Source: Octopus vulgaris
Taxonomy: Eukaryota
Assembly: GCA_951406725.2 (NCBI GenBank)
Contig: OX597820.1
Span: 96,720,001 to 96,784,000, forward strand
Length of the DNA: 64,000 nucleotides
Reading direction: 5' to 3'
The position numbers and the translations under genes are program-made. Below the pieces are notes generated by a model that did no database searches, was not told the DNA's origin, and worked only from the letters and a program-made list of their open reading frames with translations. Positions 51,700-64,000 of the stretch are shown here, piece after piece. Every line of letters starts with the position of its first letter. The first letter of the stretch is position 1.

Positions 51700-53750
51700 C
51701 CTCGGAAGTTAGAAAATCCACGGAACTTCCCAGGAAGTTTTCGACCAAATTACCCGGGGGTTAGACAATCCACGGAAGTTTCCAGGAAGATTTCGACCAA
51801 ATTTCCTGGAAGTTAGAAAATCCTTGGAACTTTCCACAAAGTTTCCTACCAAAGTTTCCGAAAGTTAGAAAATCCTCGGAACTTCCCAGGAAGTGTTCGA
51901 CCAAATTTCCCGGAAGTTAGAAAATCATCCAAACTTTCAGTAAGTTTTCGGCCAAATCCTGAAGTTAGAAAATCCTGGGAACTTCCGAGGAATTCTTCGA
52001 CCAAATTTCCAGGAAGTCAGAAAATCCTCGGAACTTTCCAGGAAGTTTTCTACCTAATTTCCCGGAAGTTATGGTTATCCGGAAGTTAGAAAATCCAGGG
52101 AACTTCCCTTGCAGGTTTCGACCAAATTTGCCGGAAGTAAGAAAATCATCGTAACTTCCCAGGCAGTTTTCGACCAAATTTTCAGGAAGATAGAAAATCC
52201 TCGGAACTTCCCAGGAAGTTTTCGTAGAAATTTCCCGGAAGTTACAAAGTCCTCAGAACTTCCCAGGAAGTTTTCGGCCAAATTTACCATAAGTTTTAAA
52301 ATCTTCGCAAATTTGCAGGAAGTTTTCGACCAAATTTCCCGAAATTCAGAAAATCCTCAGAACTTTCAAGGAAGTTTTCGACCAAATTTCCCGGATGTTA
52401 GAAATTCCTCGGAAATACCAGCAAGTTTTCGACCAAATTTCCCGGAAGTTAGAACATCCTCAATACTTTCCAGGAAGTTTTCGAACAAATTTCCCGTGAG
52501 TTAGAAAATCCTCAGAAATTCCCAGAAAGATTTCAACCAAATTTCCCGTAAGTTAGAAACTCGTCTGAACTATGCAGGAACTTTTCGAAAAATTATCCGG
52601 ATGTTAGAAAATACTCGGAACGTCCCAGGAAGTTATCTACCAAAGTTCATAGGAGTTAGAAAATCCTCGGAACATTCCAGGAAGTTTTCGACCAAATTCC
52701 CCGGAAGTTAGAAAATCCCTGGAAGTTTTCGACCAAATTTCCCGAAAGTGTAGAAAATCCACGGAACTTTCCAGGAAGTTTTCGACCAAATTTCCCGGAT
52801 GTTAGAACATCCTTGCAACTTTCCTGGAAGTTTTCGACCAAATTTCTCGGGAGTTCGGTAATCCCAGGAACTTACCAAAACGTTTTCGACATGATTTTCT
52901 AGAAGTTGGGAAATCCCCATAATATTCCAGAATGTTTTCGACCAAACTTTCAACCAAACTTTCCGGAAACTGGAAAATCCTCGGAACTTTCCAGGAAAAT
53001 TTCGACTAAACTTACCGGAAGTTGGGAAATCGTCAGAACTTTCCAGGAAGTTTTCCACAAAGCTTCCCGGAAGTTGGGAAATCATCGGAACTTTCCATGA
53101 AGTTTACCACCACATTTTCCGGAAATTAGAAAATCCTCGGAACTTTCCAGGAAGTTTTCGACCAAATTACTCGGAAGTTAGAAAACACTCGGAACTCTCC
53201 AGGAAGTTTTCGACCACATTACACGAAAGTTTCGACCAACTTTGAAAATCCCCGGATTTCGACCAAATTTTCCGGAAGTTGGGAAGTGCCCGGAACTTTC
53301 CAGGAGATTTTCGACCAAATTTTCCGGTGGTTGGAATCCCCAGAACATTCATTGAAGTTTTCTACAAAACTTTCTATCAAACTTCCCGGAAGTTGGGAAT
53401 TCCCAGGAACTTTCCAGGAAGTTTTCGACTAAATTTTCCGGAGGTTGGGAAATCTCCGGAACTTCCCATGAAGTTTTAGTCTAAATTTCCCGGAATTTGG
53501 AAAATTCCATGAACATTTCGACCAAGCTTCGCGGAAATTCGGAAACCCCCGATACTTTCCAGGAAGTTTTCGACCAAACTTACCGAAAGTTGGAACATCC
53601 CCCGGAACTTTCCAGGACGTTTTCGACCAAATTTTCCGGGAGTTAAGTAATCCTCGGAACTTTCCAGGAAGTTTTCAACCAAATTTTCCAGAAGTTCGGT
53701 AATCCCAAGAACTTTCAAGGACGTTTTCGACATGATTTTCCGGATTTTTA
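51700..53750. repeat. Minisatellite of about 52-bp period, roughly 39 diverged copies
   Basis: Consensus GGAAGTTAGAAAATCCTCGGAACTTTCCAGGAAGTTTTCGACCAAATTTCCC. Confidence 0.95.
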
Positions 53751-53769
53751 GTGCCATCTAAGTTGTTTT

Positions 53770-54110
53770 CCTCCAGGTATGTTATTACTTTTTGTCTTCG
53801 GACAAGGCATTGGATAATTTTAGATGTGTAAGACGTGAGAGAAACAGGTCTGTAATTTTTAGCTTCAACATTGCTACCTCTTTTGTACCTATATAGGTTT
53901 TATTATAGCTTCTTTCAATAGTCTCGGGAATATGGCGGTATCTGGCGACTTTTGAAGCAGTACCTTTAATGATTTCATGAGGTGGTTTTTGCACGTTTTT
54001 TAACAATATAACTGGAATACTATTTGGTACAGATGCTGAGTTTGGGCCTAAATCATTAATAGCCGCAAGTATATCAACTTCCATGATATTAATTTTAAGT
54101 TGTGTCTCTG
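53770..54110 (-). mobile_element. CR1-like LINE relic
   Basis: DILAAINDLGPNSASVPNSIPVILLK resembles the pre-RT 'SAAGPDGIP' region. Confidence 0.5.
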
Positions 54111-54129
54111 CACTTGAGTTGTAGGATCA

Positions 54130-54931
54130 AAGAATTCGCTTGAATTATGCACGGGGCTGCGATACGGACAGAGAATGCGGCTTTCCGCCCGTTGAAACGA
54201 AAGTGTCGGGGATAGAGTTTGCGATCACACCCACAAAGACCTCTATCCGGGAAAATCTCCGCAAATGGTAGGTTTACATGTCCGTTGAAGATGTTGAAAG
54301 TCGGATGAGATCTCCCTGCATCCTCCGTCGTTTGAGTGAAGGCAATGCCAGCTGTCGGAGATGTTCCTCTTATGCAAGCTTAGACAAGCCCGCGCCCATT
54401 TGGGTGGCCAAGTGCTGAACCTGTTCCAGGTACTGAATGTCTTTCTGGAGATATGGGTTTGCGGTATGGATGTAATATTCGAGAATGGGTCGAACTAGAG
54501 TGATATATACAGGCCAAAAGACGTCCATTGAAAGGTTAGCAAAGGATCGGTGGATGAGGAAAAGATTCCTTCTGGCTTTGTTCGTTGCCTCGATACCCTG
54601 CCGTGGTAGTTTGAAAGTAGTATCGATCATTATGCTGAGACCCTTTTCTCCAGTGACCATCTTAAGATGTTGATGTTTGTGGCCAATAGTCAAGAGAGAG
54701 TTTGGAGGTGAACCTATTGGCAAATGGCTGCATTTTGAGGCGTTCAAGTTCAGATTCCATTCTTCCGCCCAATTCCAAGCTCGGTTCAGCGACAATTGGA
54801 GTATGTCATATTGATTCCTAGGTGAGACAAGTTTGACGTCGTCTGCAAATAGGAGAACTCTTCCATCAAGAAAATCTGGCAGGTCGTTGATAAAGAGAAG
54901 GAAAAGGATTGGCCCCCAGCATCGACCCCTG
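54130..54931 (-). mobile_element. CR1-clade LINE RT and 3' fragment
   Basis: QGSMLG..LFLLFINDLP...LFADDVKL, YITLVRPILEY, LEQVQ. Confidence 0.9.
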
Positions 54932-54949
54932 TATACATGTATGTATGTA

Positions 54950-55380
54950 TCTCTTATCTTTTAGTCGTTTTACTCATTACACTGCGGCCATTCTGGGGCA
55001 CAACCTTGACGATTTTACTCGAACAAATTGACTCCAGTACCTATTGTTTTCTTTTTGCTTTTGTTTTTTGTTCTTTGTTTTTTTGAAAGTTTGGTACTTA
55101 TTCTTTCGGTCTCAGTTTGCCGAACCTTAACATTACGGAGACATAAACGAACTAACAACGCAGGGAGAACAAACACAATCACTAAGACACTCACACATAG
55201 ATATATGCGCGCGCACACACATACACACACGACAGGCTTCTTTCAGTTTATCATCTTTACTCATAAGATTAAGTCTGCCCGAAGCTATAGTAAAAGTCAC
55301 TTGCCCTAGCTGCCCTGCAGTGGGACTGAACCGAGAAGCATGAGGTTGGGAAACAAACTTCTTACGACACAACCACGCTT
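54950..55380 (-). mobile_element. Diverged S2 SINE
   Basis: Reverse-complement S2 tail, body and head. Confidence 0.7.
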
Positions 55381-55775
55381 GTATGTACGATAGACGTTGT
55401 GCTGTCAAGAATGGAACTTACAACGTAAAACTCTCTTTAAATTCACATTGGTTGAGTGTTTTCAATTGCCGAATTTTATCCGAATGCTTCATGTTACTAA
55501 CTACTATTCAGACTGATTTAAACCAAAATGAATGTCAAAGCACCAGGATATGGTGTGTCTGTGTATCTACTTATGTGCGTACGTTTACAATTACTTGTCA
55601 AGGTAAAATTGTTCTGTTCATAACAACAAATGATTTTAAGCTCCACTTTCATACATAACCGGATACTGTGATTGACAACATAACCACATAGGAAAATACG
55701 CAAACTTTCGTGCTTAAAATAATAAATTTTGTTGCACATTAATGTAAAAGTTACGCGGAATGTAAATATTTTATT

Positions 55776-56195
55776 GGCTGTGTGGTAAGTAGCTTGCTTA
55801 CCAGCCACATGGTTCCGGGTTCAGTCCCACTGCGTGGCACCTTGGGCAAGTGTCTTCTACTATAGCCTCGGGTCGACCAAAGCCTTGTGAGTGGATTCGG
55901 TAGACGGAAACTGAAAGAAGTCCGTTGCATGCATGCATGTATGTATGTATGTATGTATGTATGTATGTATGTATGTATGTATGTATGCCTGTCTGTGTTT
56001 GTACCTCCACCATCGCTGGACAACCGATGCTGGTGTGTTTATGTCCCTGTAACTTAGCGGTTCAGCAAAAGAGACCGATAGAATAAGTACTGGGCTTACA
56101 AAGAATAAGTCCTATGGTCGATTTGTCCGACTAAAGGTGGTGCTCCAGCATGGCCGCAGTCAAATGCCTGAAACAAATAAAAGAATAAAAGAATA
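55776..56195 (+). mobile_element. SINE family S2
   Basis: Close match to 17460-17892, with internal (TATG)n. Confidence 0.9.
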
Positions 56196-56457
56196 TAAAA
56201 ATAAATGATTGCCTTTTTAATGAGGTAAAAAAAAAATTCAATAGTTAAAATTAACAACATTACAAAATTCCTACCGTGACATTTTGTCTAACTTTTGTAA
56301 ATATCCATTTACGTACATGTATAAAATACAGAGGTTTCTCTGTTAACTTTTATTATTTCTTAGCTTTTGATCTTTCGTTTTCTATATCAACAAAAACTTA
56401 AGTATTTAGAAGTCCTGCCTATTTTTCTTTTCTTATATGTAATGTTGCTTTTTCTGA

Positions 56458-56491
<34 letters not shown>

Positions 56492-57019
56492 TGTGTGTGT
56501 TTCGTTATTATTATTTACTGAGTTTTAGCACGCTGGGCGAAATACTTTGCGGTATTTCGCCCGTCTTCACTTTCTGAGTTCAAAATCCCCCGAGGTCGGC
56601 TCTGCCTTTCATTTTATCGGGGTCGATAACTTAAGTACCAGTGAAACACTGGGGTTGATGTAATCAACTAGACCCCTCCCACAAAATTTCAGGCCTTGTA
56701 CCTTTTGCAGAAAGGATTATTGTTGTTTATCGCTCTATTTTTGTTACCCTGTAGCATACATCCTCTCTCTCTCTCTCTCTCTGAGAGTTATAATACAAGT
56801 GCTGACGTGGCGGATGTCAGATGGCTTTTGGCCCCTTGGGCCCAGTTGTGCCCGCTGCTCTGATTGGTTGGTTTTGGTGCAGTTTAACTCTTGTTTTATT
56901 TCGCGCTAATGTGCAAACCAAACAATCGCAGCCTTCTGATAAGGTCCCGTGACACAGTCTTCGAGGTTCTCTTCTGGAGCCCACTAATCTCTTTAAAAGC
57001 TAGATCAACAAACCGTAAT

Positions 57020-58340
57020 TCGGCCTTTTAGCAGATATCTATCGCAACTGGCAACAGGACAGGAGAATTCCTAATTCTGCGAGGCAAGGAGTGGTGGTAC
57101 TGCTGAAAAAGGACCCACACAAAGAGGATCAAATAGAAAATTTTAGGCCCATAACGCTGTTGAACACAATTTTCAAAGTTTTTGTGAAAATGTTAGCAAA
57201 GAGGTTTACGCTTTTCGATGAGGAACTGATTAGTGATGCACAAACATGCGCAATTCCAAGTAGATCCATTCGTGACAACCCTCAACATCATAGACAGAGT
57301 GGGAAAGGAACCTGGCATGAGTGGGCCCTGAACAATTTGGATCAGTCAAAAGCTTTGAATAGAGTCGACCACCAATACTTGGCGGCTATTCTCACGGCGG
57401 CCGGTTTCGGTCCCGTTTTCTGTGGTTGGATCGCTGCAATGTACGGCAACATCTGCTCGGTAGAATGGTTACCCATCGGACCCTTTCAGCATCATGCTCT
57501 CAGTCCATCAAGGGGTTCCCCTCTCGTCTTTTCTGTATGTACTGGCTCTAAACCACTACTGAGGAACTAGGACGTAGAACCGTGTCGACGTACGCAGACG
57601 ATGTCACCGTCGTCATAGTGTCGAACGGCAGGCACATTGACCTGGTTGGCACTGCACTAAAAGAATACGAGGCGGCAACGTCGTTGGATGCTGGACGGCG
57701 AGACCGGTTAAATTGCTCGAGATCTGGTTTGATCCGGATCTCCTGATGAAGAACTGAGACGAGGTGACGAGCATGTCGCCTAATATCATCCAGAAATGAG
57801 AGAAAGCTATCTCTGAAAGGTCGGGCAGAGGTGGAGAAGCATACACTGCCTGACGATTGTGCCTTGCTCGACTTTACGTCTGATCAAACTGGAGCTCGTT
57901 CGCTATCTGTGGAAGGGACGCATCCACTGGTCATGAGATCCAATTGTTGTCAACATCCACTGAATGAAGGGTTGAGAATGTCGTGGCTGCTGATGCACAG
58001 ACATGCACTAAGGCTGCGACATTTTCAGTGCTTCGTTGACAGTGAACTCGTCTCTGAGTTGCAGTATTCGATCAAACGTAGATCGAGGGAAGGCGCCAGT
58101 ACCTGGAGTTTCGTCAGACACTTACAGTTTTCTGTCAGTCGTGCAATACAGTAGGTGGAAGTTCCACTTTGGTATTCCACAGAGGGTTAATGGCGGGTAA
58201 GTACGACGACGTTTTCGGTGAGACACTGGGCGTCGACGAGAATGAACTGGCTGGGCTGTTTTGGCGGACTTTTGGGCCTTGCAGAAATCCTTGGCCTCGA
58301 AGTGCTACCGGGAGGCATTGCTGGCTTGGGATAAACACAA
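57020..58340 (+). mobile_element. L1/Tx1-clade ORF2 remnant
   Basis: VVLLKKDP...NFRPITLLN..FK, LDQSKALNRVDH, YADDVT, MHRHALRLRH. Many deletions. Confidence 0.88.
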
Positions 58341-58341
58341 A

Positions 58342-58637
58342 GGATAAAGGGCAAAGTCGACCTCGGCGGAATTTGAACTCAAAAACGTAAAGACAGACAA
58401 AATACCTATTTCTTTACTACCCACAAGGGGCTAAACACAAAGGGGACAAACAAGGACAAACAAACGGATTAAGTCGATTATATCGACCCCAGTGCGTAAC
58501 TGGTACTTAATTTATCGACCCCGAAAGGATGAAAGGCAAAGTCGACCTCGGCGGAATTTGAACTCAGAACGTAACGGCAGACGAAATATCGCTACCCATT
58601 TCGCCCGGCGTGCTAACGATTCTGCCAGCTCGCCGCC
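58342..58637 (-). mobile_element. SINE family S1, one unit plus a partial second unit
   Basis: Head at 58637, A-type unit, then the start of a B-type unit (GTCTTTACG). Confidence 0.85.
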
Positions 58638-58799
58638 TTCCTTTCTTTATGATATTAAGAATGCTTTTGCTTTCATTTGTGAAACAATTATCACTTGGTA
58701 TCTAAAATCCAAATTTTAAATTCAATTCAGGAAGACGGACAAATCTTTCTTCCATGATCAACAGTTTCATTAATTTCATTATTCCCATTATTTCTTCTC

Positions 58800-60150
58800 T
58801 CGCAGTTAACTATACATTTTAAATTTTTACACCAGACATCTGTTCCTTTTTTTAAAGGTGTCCCTCTGCTTGAATCTTAGTCATCGCATAGTTTCTGCTC
58901 AGTTTCAAGTGAACAACTAATCTATGACTTTCGATTGCTTAAAAACGTCACCTTCAAGAACCTTCTGTTATTACGAAAGTTCATGGTATGGTCTTAGAGT
59001 TGCTTTTTCTTTTTTTAATATGATTTATCCGAATAGGAATTTTTTCTAAATCCATACAAAACCAAGATATTTGTTTCATGAACAGAGTTGCTTCATCTTG
59101 TGTAGTAGATGTTTAATTATGATCATCAACTTTGCTTTGAAAAATGTTCCAAGTTATTAGAATATTCACGAAGTGACTTTACAGACTCGGTTCTGAAGCA
59201 CAAGGGATTTCAGATTCAGATGTGACCACTATTGTTATAGTGGCTTCAGGCTCTTATTAACGAAGAGTTGAACAGGAAAAGAATGAATAAAATGGCCTTA
59301 ATTACAACTTAAATAAAGTTAGCAGCAAAACGCCATGTTTAACAGAACGCTCTCCGGTAATTGTGGCAACCAAGAAATATTACAGTATATTTTCATTAAT
59401 CCCTGTTCAAAAGTTCAACAATCTTCGAACAACGTTTCGTTTTTTGCTGTTTGTTCATAAATTACTTCCAAATTACTTTCTGTATTCTTTTGGTTGTTGT
59501 AAATCCAAGACAAAAATACCCTTAAAAAAATTCTACTTAAAATGATTAACAACATAACGTGCTATGTCCGAATTGGACCAAAGCACAAGGCCAAGTTATT
59601 TATCCTTATGAATCCTATGTGGCAATTTCTGACAAACAAAAGCCTTTAGTTGAATATATTCATTCTGCAATAATGGAGATGCCTAGATATGATGTACTTT
59701 CTAGAGTAATAGAGATATAAATAAATGTATGATATAATTTCTGCACTGTTGGAAATATAAATACATGATATACTTTCTACAATAACTGGGATAATTATAT
59801 AGGATTTTCTTCCAGCATTTTTTCCCACATTACCAAGGTGTTTCTCATGACAGAATGAAAATTTGCTGACGATTTTAACGCTCCTCAAGCATTTCCATAA
59901 TTGTCTTCCTGTTCTTGTTCACGGGTTTTTTATTGCTCAGCAATGAAGTATTGTGAAATACTAAAAATGCTATGCAATGGAGAATTCTGTGCAGATCTTT
60001 GATTTATTTTCTGATGCAATTATACCTTGACTCTCTTTGATAATGCTACCTCTATTTTCTAAGAAACTTCTTTCTATTTCCTTCTAGTGAATCGATAATG
60101 TTTTGCCTTGAGCGATTGACAACTGGGTTAATATTTGTCTTTGTGCATAT
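58800..60150. mobile_element. Possible very old hAT transposase relic
   Basis: Only short motifs (minus strand WNIFQSKV...TR*SNS; plus strand KKYYSIF), and the strands conflict. Confidence 0.25.
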
Positions 60151-60404
60151 GTAACCGCTTACAGTTAATATCCGGCTACGTACTGAAGCTATACACTGAA
60201 TGTGAATGCATTCATACTAAATTGATATTACCACGCATGACCCAGACTTATAAATAAAATGAGTCATTTTTATATTTAAAAAATTCTCTCATTCCACCTC
60301 ACCCCTAAACTGCAAACAATGTGAAGTAGGAAGTATATGCCAGTATGCTCCACTATAAATATGGGATGATCTTGTTTGGATACCCGCTTGAATGGCTTGT
60401 TTCT

Positions 60405-60508
<104 letters not shown>

Positions 60509-60727
60509 GACGGGTTAGACTATATTTTAAAGACAATAAAATCACATGCAAGCAAACACAGAAAATACCAAAGGGGAAAAGGAAAACCAAAAAAGTGCAT
60601 AGCCTATTGGGTTTTACATTGAATTTGTTTCACTTTTTAAAGCACTTAAATTCATCTGATTTTCGACATTTTTTGTCCGAAAATTCCACATCTTTCTCTC
60701 TCTCCCTCCCTCCTCACTCTCTCTCTT

Positions 60728-60780
<53 letters not shown>

Positions 60781-60792
60781 TGTGTATGTATA

Positions 60793-60950
60793 GCCATTAC
60801 ACATTCTTTATTTTCTCACCTTGTTTCTTTCTGCAGCGTAGGCTCGAAACGTTAAAGACTTTTTCACTTCCCGAGCGTTAAACTAAAACATCTGTTTGTT
60901 GTCTACACTATCTGTCTTCGTCTTTTGTTTTTTTGTGTGAATTCTCCCTA
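60793..60950 (+). mobile_element. Hammerhead element family B with deleted core
   Basis: TTTCTG[c]AGCGTAGGCTCGAAACGTTAAAGACTT matches 41059-41097. Lies between (GT)n and (TA)n. Confidence 0.6.
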
Positions 60951-61607
60951 TATATATATAGTGTACTGTTCTGTGATGGTAAGATCAGCAAAAAAAGTAC
61001 TCCATCTAGTGCCAGATTTGAAATTTTCAGCAGATGTAAATATATGGATAAGTTCCTGTTGGCGAATTGGAAAACACCACCGTCTCCGGACTGAGCAGCT
61101 GTACCGCAGACTCTAAGCCCCTATTCATTTATTCTTTCAGCCTTATGACTTTACAGTCGAAGGGGACTTAATTTCTTCTTTTCTATTTTCCGGTGTTTTC
61201 AACCTTTCAACTTTTTACATCTATTTTTTCTCGCATTTTCTCGTATTTTCTCTGATTCTATCATCCTGTTTTATCTTGCTATGCTATGTGGGCCGACCCT
61301 GAGGATTGCGTGAAGGCACCAGACGTGTTATAAAAATGCTATTTGTGTTGTTTTCATCGCATGAAACTACTAGTAGCTCGTAAAAATACCACACACACAC
61401 AAAGTTGTTAACGAAGATTGTTAAACTAAATATAAATTATATTTAAACAGAAAAGAAAAACACACCATAGCTTGCAGTTGTTTTCAGCTTATGCAACATG
61501 TCAATTTGGTTAATACTCGTTATTATTTAGTGTTTGAATATTTTGTGAAACTCTTGGTCTGTTGATTAATATATAAATACCGTACAAAATAACGAAGTAT
61601 GCGAAAT

Positions 61608-62036
61608 GGATCTTTACGGTTTGAACGGCAGTTTTTAACATAATTTCTAGGTAACTAAAAAATATTAAACTTCGTATACTGGTAGAATGTGTTTATAAAA
61701 CATCTTTTTCTCTTGGCTTTATTGAGAAAATTCTATACTTTGTAAGATATTTGTTGGGTTTTTTTCTTCAATTTCTGCAATTTCAACCAATCAATTACGT
61801 CCATTGAGGTAAAAAAAACATTCTGTGCCGTATGAATATGTCCCTCGTTTAAGAAACAGATTGGGTTTATTTAAATTTGTGAAGAAAAAAGATACCCTTC
61901 CCCCCACCCCTAACCCTAACTAATCCTAACCCTAAAACAGATTGAAATGCAACAGATCGATACTAGGGTCATAATTATGGGTGACAATTTCACATGACAC
62001 CGCTAGAAAAAACTGCCGTTCAAACCGAAAAGATCC
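61608..62036. mobile_element. Merlin-like MITE, copy 2
   Basis: GGATC-initiated TIRs of about 29 bp and a perfect 8-bp TSD TGCGAAAT (61600-61607 and 62037-62044). Confidence 0.88.
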
Positions 62037-62139
62037 TGCGAAATAACAAATAATTTTATTTTGTTGTAAATCACAAGCTTCTCCACTGATTGATAAATCA
62101 ATTTAGTTGTAATAAGCTATGATCGACCACAATTCAATA

Positions 62140-62435
62140 TATCATTCATCATTGTTCGACCGTGGTCGAGACAATGGAATTTACTATGTTACGCCAGACT
62201 TCACGGTCCATCATAGCATTACGGAGGTCCTGTTGCTGGATGCCTGTATCCCTGGAGATTACATCAGGGTAGGAGAGTGTGCGCCCTCTGGTATTGCGAA
62301 TAGATGGCTTCCAGAGGAGAAGAGTAGAAATTACTTCTTTTTCAGCTCTACAACAATGTCCAGCAAACTGGACTCTCCTACCTTTCACAAGAGATGACAC
62401 AGGTGGTAATTTCCCATATATAATTCAATATATAA
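62140..62435 (-). mobile_element. RTE/RTE-X LINE 3' fragment
   Basis: RRVQFAGHCCR...LLLWKP...RGR...MMDREVWR. Confidence 0.8.
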
Positions 62436-63399
62436 TATCGGCTTTGTATTCAACAACCAGAAAATAATACAGAAAATATGAATACTCAGAAAGGGGGAAT
62501 AATACATTATACTCAAAAGAATGTTAATATTAGTGATATACTAAAAAAAGGATGGGGCTGAAAGACGTTTGCACGATATACATGTAAGTTTGCATGATAT
62601 GTGCACAAGCTATAGGTAGCTCAATGGTATCTGTGTGTTTTCGTACAAATACGTCTGTAGAAATTTCTGTGCATGCTTTCTACTAAAAGTTGTGTAATAG
62701 TTGCTAGAGTTGCTACGGCTAGCACAGAAAAACGTGTAATTGAATTGACAAGTGTTATGCGTTTTAGTTTACAAACATATATGACTTTATGTTCCATGTC
62801 ATGTCTTCCGGTGAAAACTGAGCTGATCTTTAAAGTCAAGTAGTTTGTTTCTGAAATTCTATTCGGTGAAAAACTGCAGCTGTTAAAATTTGTCACGAAT
62901 TTAAGTTGTTCTGTTTGTCACCATTGTCGGTGGTTTGTTGTGCTTGCGGTTCTTGTATTAACTGCAATGTTGTACGTTAATGTATGAGTATTAAGATTAG
63001 GGTGGTTACCTGTTTATAAACAGGAAAAAAAAACTCGCAAACATTTACCAATATATTAAGTGGAGATCGAACACAAAAATTATTAGATAATCAATGGTAG
63101 AGAAACTTTGGATATAGGGATCGACTTTTATGGTATCTAAATACTATAGTTGGGTTACTTATCCAGTAACCTCTGCCAACGAAGTTGGGTACCAATTTAA
63201 GATCAACAAGGCAAGAAGATAGGCTCGACTGTGGACAAAATGTGCACACTAGTTGATAGGTTGAGAAAAGTAGATAGGCATTGGAAAAGAATCATTGCTC
63301 TTTGAAATGAAATCCATGTACTTGTTTAGAAAATGATTATGCAATACAGCTTTGGTGCCAGTTGATCTGGGAGTTGAACTTTAACCAAATCTGTGAACT

Positions 63400-64000
63400 G
63401 GCGGCCTCTTAGCAGATATCTATCGCAACTGTCAGCTGAACAGGAGAATTCCTAGTTCTGTGAGTCGAGAAGCGGTGACACTACAAGGAAAGGATCCAAA
63501 CAAGAGGGATCAAATAGAACATTATAGGCCCATAACGCTGCTGAACGCAGATTTCAACATTTTGGTGAAGGTATTAGCAAAGAGTTTGGCGCTTGTCGTC
63601 GAGGAACGGATTTGAGATGAGCAAACATGCGCCATCCCTAGCAAGTCTATCTACGACAACCTCCTTATCTTAGACAGGGTAGGTAAAGAAGCTGGCATGG
63701 GTGGAGCCCTGGTCAGTTTGAATCAGTCAAAAGTCTTGGATAGGGTCGACCACTAATACTTGGTGGCTGTTCTCACAGCGGCCGGTTTCGGTCCTGTTTT
63801 TGTGGCTGGATTGCCGCAATGTACATCAACACCTACGCGGTAATTTGGATGAATGGTTACTTATCAGGACATTTCAGCATCATGCTCTCGGTCGATCAAA
63901 GGTATTTCCTCTTGTCTCTTCTGTATGTAGAGCCACTACTATGGAAACTGGAGGCGTTGAGAGGCATCCCGCGCGATCTAGGACGTGGAAGAACCGTGTC
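63400..64000 (+). mobile_element. L1/Tx1-clade ORF2 remnant, running off the window
   Basis: Homologous to 57020-57600 (YRPITLLNADF, NQSKVLDRVDH). Confidence 0.88.

Noticed and set aside
51965-53757. ORFs in the 52-bp repeat as a repetitive protein
   Set aside because: The period is not a multiple of 3, and short ORFs occur on both strands with frequent stops.

Overview
AT-rich animal non-coding DNA made almost entirely of transposable elements and microsatellites. The SINE types and the (TA)n/(CA)n/(TATG)n/(TAA)n density suggest an octopus (inference only). No host exon, rRNA, true tRNA or CRISPR array is supported. The only long intact ORF (about 27830-30690) is a 5'-truncated R4/Dong-type non-LTR retrotransposon (RT, CCHC, restriction-like endonuclease), one of four co-oriented insertions stacked in a (TAA)n tract. 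Also present: L1/Tx1, CR1, RTE and Penelope remnants; hAT, mariner, maT and pogo remnants; Merlin-like MITEs; Helitron-like elements; three tRNA-derived SINE families; and a 52-bp satellite. Most notable: short microsatellite-associated elements carrying minimal hammerhead ribozyme motifs (one with an antisense fold-back); SINE concatemers of 184-bp units with an ABABAB pattern inside a single TSD; a SINE 3' tail shared with a Tx1-like LINE and an ORF1-only element; and a three-piece templated rearrangement at 18520-19033.
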